From positions 148,428,001 through 148,492,000 of the forward strand of contig OX597815.1 in assembly GCA_951406725.2 (NCBI GenBank): DNA of 64,000 nucleotides, given 5' to 3'. The DNA comes from Octopus vulgaris (lineage: Eukaryota). Below, piece after piece: positions 54,779 through 64,000 of the stretch (within the stretch, counting starts at the first letter, position 1; each line of letters opens with the position of its first letter). The position numbers and the translations under genes are program-made. The notes beneath the pieces were generated by a model, which had not been told where the DNA came from, did not search any database, and saw nothing but the letters and a program-made list of their open reading frames with translations.

Positions 54779-55862
54779 CTTAGATAAACTTAGATGTGTT
54801 TCGCCCAATGCTTGGTCCAGGCCATGTCTAACTTAATAGCACCACCTGATTATTTGAATCCTGTATAAGTCAATTTTTGTTTATGGTCCATTCAAGTAGT
54901 GAGTTCTTGTTGGGTGAGTTGTATCCAATTGTGGGTGGCTTATCAGGTATTCCTTGAAGGAATCTATCCAGACTCCGTTTAAAGGTGATGGGATCTTGTT
55001 CCTCTTTGATCTCTTTCGGAACAATGTTAAATAGGGCAGGGCCTGTTGAGGAAAAGAAATTATGTTGTAGTGTACATGTATGCTGTGATCTTGAATTGGG
55101 CAGGGGACGTATGGCCCGTGGTCCCAGTCTTGGATGAACCTTGAAGCTAATGTTCAGGTCGTTTGGGCAAAGTTGGCGGTATATTCTCCACATCGTACAA
55201 ATGATGTACCGCTCACGGCGACGCTGAAGAGAGTAGAGTTTCAAGGCTTTAAGGCGATCCCAATAATCGAGAGCAGCCATGCCTTCAATCCGTTTAGTGA
55301 GTGCTCTCTGGAGTGATTCAATCCTCGAGATGTTTTGTCTTGTATGGGGAGACCACAGTGGGCAGCAGTATTCGAGGTGTGGCCGTACAAAGGAGGAGAA
55401 AAGTGGTATGATGACACCTTGTTCTCTGGACGGGAAAGTTCTTAAGATCCAGGAACTCATCCTACGAGCTATATCGACCTTCTTGTTGATGTGTGCACTC
55501 CAACTGAGATCGTCATCAACAATTATACCCAGGTCTCTGATATTGTTAGAGGCTGTGAGCGGTTCCCCTGAAGGAAGAGAGTATGGCTGATTTAGTGAGG
55601 AATTTCTTCTAAAATGCATCAGCTCAAATTTTCCCTCGTTCAGTTTCATTTTGTTTCTGTCTGCCCATTGACTCACAGCATAGAGATCAGACTGGAGTTG
55701 AGTTCGGTTTGCTTCTTCATTGACAATTTGCTGGAGCTTAGTGTCATCAGCAAATATTTTCACTTTGCAGTAATGTACGACATTGGAAAGGTCGTTTATG
55801 TAGTTTATGAAGAGTAGCGGACCCAAGACAGTCCCCTGGGGGACACCGGTGGTGACTTTTGC
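54779..55862 (-). mobile_element. 5'-truncated CR1/L2-group LINE with short tandem tail (tctaagttta)
   Basis: Uninterrupted RT C-terminal half, a ~90-nt 3'UTR, and a TSD-like ctat(g)taa. Inserted into a pLTR relic. Confidence 0.88.
54870..55826 (-). CDS. LINE ORF2 reverse transcriptase, C-terminal 318 aa (no true start)
   Basis: Upstream GVPQGTVL, then GPLLFINYINDL, IFADDTKL, RDLGIIVD, VRPHLEYCCPLWSP, YWDRLKALKLYSLQRRRER. No internal stops. Confidence 0.9.
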   Translation of the reverse strand: MGPLLFINYINDLSNVVHYCKVKIFADDTKLQQIVNEEANRTQLQSDLYAVSQWADRNKMKLNEGKFELMHFRRNSSLNQPYSLPSGEPLTASNNIRDLGIIVDDDLSWSAHINKKVDIARRMSSWILRTFPSREQGVIIPLFSSFVRPHLEYCCPLWSPHTRQNISRIESLQRALTKRIEGMAALDYWDRLKALKLYSLQRRRERYIICTMWRIYRQLCPNDLNISFKVHPRLGPRAIRPLPNSRSQHTCTLQHNFFSSTGPALFNIVPKEIKEEQDPITFKRSLDRFLQGIPDKPPTIGYNSPNKNSLLEWTINKN

Positions 55863-56037
55863 TATAAGTGTGCTTATTTTCCTCTTTTAATTTCTTACAT
55901 AGATTAGAATTCACCACGTTGGGATAATCGAAATTCCTCTTTTCTGTTAGTACTACTTCATATATATTTCATATATATATATACATATATATATTTATAC
56001 ATAAATATATGTATACATATGTATACATATATATATA

Positions 56038-56132
<95 letters not shown>

Positions 56133-56163
56133 ATATATATATATATATACATACACACATATG

Positions 56164-56194
<31 letters not shown>

Positions 56195-56609
56195 CTTATT
56201 ATAAAAGGCAGATTTTATCTGCCTCCCTTTGGGAGTTATACAAATCTACAATATAGGATTTCTTCAATTACAATTTACATTGCATTTTTAAGAGTACAAT
56301 GCATCGCGTCATGCCAGGTCCAGTTTTTAAAATTTAAACTCCAGTTAAGCAAAATTTACAGAAAACTCAAATTCTGGTGTGTGTGTCAAATGCTTTTCTT
56401 AGTCTGGTTTAGATCACACGCAAACGCACACACACAGTGGGCAACGAATAAAATGAAAGTAATTGACTTACTGTAGTGAGTGATTTTCTCACTCTGCCTC
56501 CCACTTCCTCTTTCCACACAGACACGCAAATATATAAATAAAATTGTAAGCTAACGTGCGTGTGTGTGAGTGGGGGTGTGTGGGTGTGCGCGTGTGTGTG
56601 TGTGTGAGG

Positions 56610-56644
<35 letters not shown>

Positions 56645-56703
56645 AGTGTGTGACACGAAAGTTTTTTTACGACGAATATAACACCTATATCCAAGTAGCA
56701 GAA

Positions 56704-57078
56704 AGATAAGACAGTAAGGTGTGATTTGAGGGAGATTTGGCTGCTATTTCTACCATGTCTAACTGCCATGTAGGGGTCTCCCTCATAGGCTCATACATAC
56801 ATATATACATAGATAAGACAGTAAGGTGTGATTTGGGGGAAATTTGGCTGCTATTTCTACCAGGTCTAGCTGCCATGTAGGGGTCTCCCTCATAGGCTCA
56901 TACATACATATATACATAGATAAGACAGTAAGGTGTGATTTGGGGGAAATTTGGCTGCTATTTCTACCAGGTCTAGCTACCATGTAGAGGTCCCCCTCAT
57001 TGGCTCATATATATATACATACATAAGATAGTAAGGTGTGATTTGAGGGAGATTTGGCTGCTGTTTCTACCAGGTCTG
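56704..57078 (+). repeat. 107-bp minisatellite, ~3.5 units
   Basis: agataagacagtaaggtgtgatttg... starts at 56704, 56811, 56918 and ~57024. Confidence 0.9.
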
Positions 57079-57144
57079 TTAGGCCTTCTCATGTAAACTC
57101 AAGCTTTCTCATGCCTTCAACATATGACCAAAGCAGAGAATGTA

Positions 57145-57356
57145 TTCTTTTATTCTTCTGCTTTTTCCAGCCATTTGTCTGTGGCCATGCTGGGGCAATG
57201 CCTTGAAGAATTGTAGTTTAATGAATCAACTCCAGTTTTATTTTTGTAAGCATTGTACTTATTCTATCTGTTTCCTTTGTCAAACCACTAGGTGACAGGG
57301 ATGTAAACAAACCAACATTCGTTGTCAAGCAGTGGTGGAGGACAATCACAAGCACA
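57145..57356 (-). mobile_element. SINE 3' half (2268..2659 family)
   Basis: tggccatgctggggca...gtacttattctatc...ttgtcaagc matches the family tail. Confidence 0.7.
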
Positions 57357-57444
57357 GACACGCACACACACACACACATACATGCATACACATATACACA
57401 CATACATACATACATACATATATATATATGTGTGTATATATATA

Positions 57445-57702
57445 TTGCAGCGTGGAAGGTGTTTGTAAGCCATTTAAGAAACACACAAAAACCGTTACTT
57501 TCACTTCAACATTTAAATTTAATTTGCCAAAATATTTTCGTCGCTTTCAGACCGCGACCTGTTCACTGACAAAAATATCGTGCTAACAGGTCGCGGTCTC
57601 AAAGCGACGAAAATATTTTGACAAATTAAATTTAAATGTTGAAGTGAATCTAACGGTTTTTGTGTGTTTCTTAAATGGCTTATAAACACCTTCAACGCTG
57701 CA
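57445..57702. mobile_element. ~118-bp-arm inverted repeat (inverted pLTR pair) with G3:C8 hammerhead-like motif at 57523..57573 (minus)
   Basis: Arms 57445-57563 and 57585-57702. Minus strand: tttgtca-GTGAACA-g-gtcgc-ggtctgaaa-gcgac-GAAA-atat-TT-tggcaaa. Confidence 0.7.
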
Positions 57703-58261
57703 ACTGTTTTCGTTCCAGCACACGATCTCAGATCAAGTCACTTGCTATGCAAGTACATCTCTGTAACTATATATATATTTATATATATATATATATGTAT
57801 ATTGGTAAAAACAGTGAGATAACAAAAGAAAGAAAGAGACCTCATTATTATGTAAATAGAGGAAATCTTTATATATAAAAGTGAGGTTGTGTGTCTGTCT
57901 CCTACGATTTAGATTCCTAACTACTCCCACATTTTGCGGTGCCGTTTAACCAAAACCGGGTATCTTATAGTCGTGATTCATATCGAGACCGTCTGGGTAT
58001 TAGCGCGCGTCTACGATGAGTCTACGATTTAAAAAAAAAAATTACCATCAATTTTTCCCATTTTTAATCCATTTTTGACATATATAAGGGAAGTAACTCT
58101 CTAAAATTTATTATTAAATCTCAGAACGTAAAAAGCTACAGTAACACCCCTCCCCCTTTGTGGTTAGCCATATTGAGATGGCTATTATACTTTACATCTC
58201 TAAAAATGCTTATATAATTATTTCCCTTACAAACCCGAGCAACGCCGGGCGATACTGCTAG

Positions 58262-59507
58262 TCTTATTATAAAAGGCAGATTTTATCTGCCTCCCTTTGT
58301 CACTTATAGAAATCTACAATATAGGATTTCTTCAGTTACAATTTACCTAGCATTTTTAAGAGTAGAATGCATCGGGTCATGCCAGGTCCAGTTTTTAAAA
58401 TTTAAACTCCAATTAAGCAAAATTTACAGAAAACTCACATTCTGGTGTGTATGTCAAATGCTTTTCTTAGTCTGGTTTACAGCACACGCAAACGCACACA
58501 CACAGTGTGCAACGAATAAAATGAAACTAATTCACTGTGTGTGTGTTGACAGGTAGACAATAGAATTCGATGGCGATGTAATATTTGTTTCTGTCTATCA
58601 CGCTGATAGATACATGAGTAAAATGTATGGCAAGCTAAGAGATAAGAGTGAGTGAAAATGTTCTTGGAAGAGAGTAAATAGCGAGAGAGTGATTTGAGGA
58701 AGACTAAACTGAAAGTATGAAACAGTGTTTATGTATAAACAGACGACACTTATATATAGTTATTAATAAATGTATGCATCCGTTTAACCCTTTCGTTACC
58801 AAACCGTCCGAATTTACCTATTCATATTTAAATGAGAATATCAGAGTAAATCTCTTTAGTACATTCGTGAAAACACGTATTATACTTCGTAAACACTTCA
58901 AATACAGTTTTGTACAAAAATCGAAGTGTAATTTTAATTCCGTGAATTATGGGAGATTTTTTTCCGAAATTTGTTCCTATTGTGTTTTCAAAATTTGTAA
59001 TTCTGACAAAAAATGGATACGAATTTCATTATATCAAGCAGTGAGTCAGAATTCGAAGGATTTTCTACTGAAGACCTTCATAAATCTAACTCTATGACTG
59101 AAAAAAAGAAGCATCTTTATATAAGAGTGAAGTTGTGTGTCTGTCTCCTACGATTTAGATTCGTAACTACTCCCACATTTTGCGGTGCAGTTTAACCAAA
59201 AGCGGGTATCTTATAGTCGTGATTCATATCGAGCCCTTCTGGGTATTAGCGCGCGTCTACGATGAGTCTACGATTTAAAAAAAATTTAACATCATATTTT
59301 TCCATTTTAATGCATTTTCTTCGCTTTTATATAAGGGAAGTAACTCTCTAAAAATATCTACGATGTGTCAACGATTTAAAAAAAATTCCCCTTAATTTTT
59401 TTTCAATATTTAATGCATTTTTTTGCTATTTTTTGGCTATAACTCTCTAAAAATGCTTATATAGTTATTTCCCTTACAAACCCGAGCAACGCCGGGCGAT
59501 ACTGCTA

Positions 59508-59508
<1 letters not shown>
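58262..59508 (+). mobile_element. Composite non-autonomous Helitron unit 2, head-to-tail with unit 1
   Basis: CTAG|TC junction at 58261/58262, the same 5' block, an internal TC 5' end at 59114, and hairpin + CTAG|t at 59508. Confidence 0.85.
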
Positions 59509-59553
<45 letters not shown>

Positions 59554-59887
59554 GTGTGTATGTATGTACTATGCATGTATGTATAGAAGGCTGAAAAGGA
59601 ATACATGAGATGATATGTATAAGGAAAATAAGACGAGTTTGAAAATGCTAAAATAATTTTATCATGAAAATATTTTAGTACTGGTTTCGTCTTAGAGACT
59701 TTGAGTAAAGCATGAAAATTAATTAAAGTTTTAAAAAAGTAAATGAAATATTTTAAAATATTTCCAAAGTTATCAAATAAAAGGGATATTTTTTTCCATT
59801 TTTCTGTCTGTCTCTGCCGCTCTTTTTTGCTCTTGTGAATTCTAGTTAGTTGGCAGCAGGTAGTAGTAGTTTGATATGAATTCTTAC

Positions 59888-60132
59888 CTTTGATTGTTTA
59901 AGCAGCAGTGCTAGTAGTAGATAAAGGTGGCCGTGAAGAAGAAGAAGAGAAAGAAGAAGAAGGTAATTTCATATTGCATTTAAACATATTTCTTATAGAT
60001 TTCCTTCATGTCCACAGAAATGTCGTTTATGCTTTTCGGACTGATTCTTCAGCCATCCAGTCAAACGACATACTGAACATTTTCCATATTTTCTGATCAT
60101 TTTTCATATTTTCACATTTTAATGCCCGATAT
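59888..60132 (-). other. Candidate 245-nt exon (stop-containing or non-coding)
   Basis: ctctttatttgcag|ATATCGGGC...CAAAG|gtaaga. The longest frame from the acceptor reads YRALKCENMKNDQKIWKMFSMSFDWMAEESVRKA*. Confidence 0.3.
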
Positions 60133-60689
60133 CTGCAAATAAAGAGGTTCTTTTTTTAATGCCAGTTCAATTTTGATTTCACATCTCGACTACGTCAAAT
60201 AATCCTCAATTTTAAAAATAAACAGAAACGGAATTACACTAATTTAAGCTCTAGTCCTATCACGAACTTACACCGACCAATGGACGTGGGTGGTAGCTCT
60301 AGTCACTAATAAGACAACAAAGTTTAAACTTCAATATTAATAAAAATTGACCGATGAATCCTAACACCGTCGGAAAATCTTAAATTTGGCACGTATTGAA
60401 GAAAATTTAGTAGAAATCTAAAGAAATCTAAAGAAAAATATCGATAGGATATTAGTATCTTCGAAATAAATATTACTCGATGTGATATGATAATGATACG
60501 AGAAAATATGAAAGACAACGACATCCAAAAATGTCAAAGGAAATATGAGGACAAGTGATACAAGCATGGAAATAATAGGAAATTATGTAGAAGTAGCGAA
60601 AACAACAAAATCGCCAAATATGAGAAATGAAAGTCACTTACATTGTACATTCATTCACAAACATGTTGGTACATAGGTCGCTGTTTCTA

Positions 60690-61080
60690 TCGCTCGTGTC
60701 AGGTCACTTTCGAGTGCTACTGGTAACATGTAACCCAGTATAACCTGTTGCATGGTCGGGCCGTCGGCGATTAGAAGCGGCAACCCCAACAAGCTTGCTT
60801 GGTGAGGAGGGTATTTATTGGTAACCCTGCGGGATGAAAAACAAAACACGTCAAAGGGTGGAGGAACTCTTGAGAGTCAACGGTCATCCAATAAATGTCT
60901 TAAGGCTGTATCATGCGCGGAGACATAGAAATAATCGGACTGAATACCCGATCACACGGTTAAACAATTGGGAGTGAAGGACTTCTAGCCTTTGTTAGGG
61001 CATCCTTCTAGGAGAAGGTAACTCAGGCAACTGGGATAACTCAGAAATAAAACCTGCGGCTCAGTGGTTACCGATGATGT
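60690..61080 (+). mobile_element. GC-rich repeat resembling an RTE-type 5'UTR or RTE-related SINE
   Basis: GC-rich island with ggcatccttctaggagaaggtaactc...aaacc, reminiscent of RTE 5' regions (recollection, unverified). Ends gatgatg. Confidence 0.4.
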
Positions 61081-61330
61081 TGACTTGTTCTTATTTTCGG
61101 ATTATGGCTGTTGTTGCTTAGTGAGTGGGATTGGCTCAGTGCACAGCGTTTCCTCACTTTAAAAAAATATTCTTGCACAGACATTGAACGATAACAACAT
61201 TGATTAAGCTTCGTGCAATGGCCATATTCGAGGGGGCAGCCACCATTTCTATCTCTCATATAGATACATATATACATACATGCTCACATACACACGCACA
61301 AACACACACACATACATATATATATATGTA

Positions 61331-61376
<46 letters not shown>

Positions 61377-62681
61377 CATACATATACATATGAGCATATA
61401 TTTATGTATATACATATATATACTTACATGCAAACATATAATATACATATATACAAACGTATGTATGCATATAGACAAATATATATATGTGTGTGTGTGT
61501 ATGTGTGTGTGTATAATTGAACGATTAATAGTGACGACTTATGATTAGTAAAATATTAGTTAGTGCTTACTGTAGTTTGGATGACCATTATGCCAATGTA
61601 ACCACACGCAATTTATAATGTATTGCTTCGTCTTTAGCGCATCATCAGTCAATCATCAATTAGTAAACTAATGAGAGATTTATTGGCGAAGTAGCACTCA
61701 CAAAGTACATCAAATTTTATTGCAACACTTCATTTTCACATCGAATATAGCAATAGTAATATAGAAACGAAATAAGCTAAATAACCGAAAGAAAATTTAA
61801 CAGTTATGTTAGTAATGTTAGTTGAAATAATTATTAACTGATTATCTTAATTAAAACCAAATTATGTTTTGTATTGGTGATGATAAGAAGTATTTGACCA
61901 CATAAAAGTCTGTAGCCACCTTTAAACAAGTACAATATCTAGCAATTATTCGTATATATGAACGTCTGTAGTGCCAGTGCCAAGGAAATATAATATCTAA
62001 TAAGATACGAAAGCAGACATTTGTATAAAATCTACCATTGAAAGAGGGTGAAAATTATGGGAAATTCAACTGAATTTAAAACAAAAACTAAAACTACGAA
62101 GGAACGGAAATTTCGTAAATTAATATGTGATGTACATTCATTGGTACCATAATAAATGTCGTTTTTGTGTGCCTCTGATTAGTGGATGTGTCTTGTTAGC
62201 ACCCCATTTAAAGATATCGTTGTTCACTTATCTATCATAATCTTGTCACGCATAATATGTAACCCTCATATCCCGATACTAAGGACGAATACGTCAACAT
62301 GTGAATGTATAATAGGGAAGTTAATCGCGATCACATAGCCTTTTCCTCCTTTTCTTGCCACCAAAATTGTCAACGTATACACTGGTAAGTGAAAATAAAA
62401 CCAAACTCTAAAATGTGCATTTTTATTACGACACAAATTTTGATGGATTCTCATCTGGCATTTCTGTAGTATGTCTTCATACACGAGTAACTATAGGAAA
62501 TTAAGTAATAAATAAAAGTACGTATAAAGTCACATTAACAATAATAATGATAATGATACTGATAATAATAATAATAATAATAACAATAATAAATATATAA
62601 ATAATAAATAAATAAATAACAATAATAATAATAACAATAATAAAAAAATAATAAATAAATAGTAATAATAGTAATAATAAC

Positions 62682-62740
<59 letters not shown>

Positions 62741-62755
62741 TAATAATAATAATAA

Positions 62756-63626
62756 ATGGCAAGCAAAACCTCTCTATGGCAAATACCCAAAGAGAGCGAA
62801 TAATGCAGATATTGACAAAGCCCTGACCCATCAATAGCTAATGGCCTCTGGCTTAAAATCTGAAACAGAAGGGTTTATCATACCAGCTCAAGGTCAATGC
62901 CTACCAACAAGAAACTACCAGGCCAACATATTAAAGAACGGCAGCAACCCAAAATGTCGTGTATGCCGACAACAAAATGAAACCATTGATCATGTTGTCT
63001 CCAAATGCAGTCTTCTAGCGCCTACAGAGCACCTCAACAGGCATGATAGAGCTGCACAATATATTCACTGGGTAATTTGCAAAAACCTGGATTTGCCCCA
63101 TGAAAAAAACTGGTGGGAACACAATCTACCTCCAGTGCTTGAAAATGACCACATCTCACTCCTCTGGAACTTCACCATTCAAACTGACAGAAAGAAAGAT
63201 ACAAATAGGCTAGACATCATATTGAAAGACTTCAGATCTCGAAATAGAAATCAGCAAAATGTGGAACCTGAAGACTAAAACAATATCTGTTGACATAGGT
63301 GCCGTGTGAATGATAGCGAAAGGGGCTGATTGCTACCTGACTCAGATACCAGGAAACCCCAAAATGGCAGAAATTCAAAAGATAGTGCTCATGGGAACTG
63401 TTCATATCCTACGCAAAATACTCTCTATGTAATCTCAAGATTTAAAACAAACTTTTTAAAAAATTTATGTATTAGACATTCACCAGTACAACACAAGAAA
63501 AAAAAAACAAATATATGGCACACTAGGCATAACAACAACGTGAATATCCAACCTGCTGTCTCTTGAGGTCTCTGGGTGAGACTTGGAGCCAACTTGTACA
63601 GACATAAAGCAAAAGTCAAACATAGA
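62756..63626 (+). mobile_element. 5'-truncated Dong/R4 copy (CCHC + RLE)
   Basis: WQAKPLYGKY, SGLKSETEGFII, CRVCRQQNETIDHVVSKC, RHD, RLDII, IQKIVLMGTVHILR. (TAA)n flanks. Confidence 0.9.
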
Positions 63627-63629
63627 ATG

Positions 63630-63758
<129 letters not shown>

Positions 63759-64000
63759 GCTTAAAATCCGAAACAGACGGGTTTATTATAGCAGCTCAAG
63801 ATCAATGCCTACCTACAAGGAATTACCAAGCCAACTTATTAAAGAATGGCAGTAGCACAACATGTCGTGTATGACAACAACAAAATGAAACCATTGATCA
63901 TGTTGTCTCCAAATGCAGTCTTCTTGCACCAACAGAGTATCTCAACAGGCATGATAGAGCTGCACAATATATTCACTGGGTAATTTGCAAAAGCCTGGAC
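63759..64000 (+). mobile_element. Second tandem Dong/R4 copy, runs off the window
   Basis: LKSETDGFIIAAQDQCLPTRNYQAN...ETIDHVVSKC, highly similar to 62850..63090. Confidence 0.9.

Larger units (their letters stand above)
56194..58261 (+). mobile_element. Composite non-autonomous Helitron unit 1 (5' TC ... hairpin-CTAG) containing other repeats
   Basis: a|TCttattataaaaggcag start, a second 5' end TCtttatatataaaagtg at 57866, and 3' cccgagcaacgccggg-cgatactg-CTAG|t. Confidence 0.75.

Noticed and set aside
56704-57078. Regularly spaced repeat that might suggest a CRISPR array
   Set aside because: Whole 107-bp units are repeated with no unique spacers, no cas genes are present, and the context is eukaryotic.
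59673-59710. Hammerhead-like motif on the minus strand (gtc-tctaa-gac-GAAA-ccag-TA)
   Set aside because: The core reads ctcaaa (6 nt, G5 lost). It is probably a dead relic, so it was not counted in the covariation set.

Overview
AT-rich, microsatellite-saturated eukaryotic DNA. The SINE, LINE and microsatellite make-up resembles a coleoid cephalopod (Octopus-like) genome, which is an inference and not database-checked. There is no intact multi-exon gene model, and nearly all listed ORFs are low-complexity artefacts of (TA)n, (TAA)n, (CA)n and (GAT)n tracts. The real content is mobile DNA: about nine Dong/R4-type RLE retrotransposon copies, most bounded by (TAA)n arrays (one is an internally deleted 5'+3' fusion); one near-intact 5'-truncated CR1/L2-group RT; four mariner relics or MITEs and a Tc1-like MITE; a head-to-tail non-autonomous Helitron tandem; several tRNA-derived SINE families; and Penelope-like pLTR relics, mostly next to (TA)n. 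The most striking signal is a set of minimal type-I hammerhead-ribozyme motifs whose catalytic core shows all four Watson-Crick combinations at the tertiary 3:8 pair (C-G, A-U, U-A, G-C). A few well-formed candidate micro-exons suggest the window may lie inside large introns.
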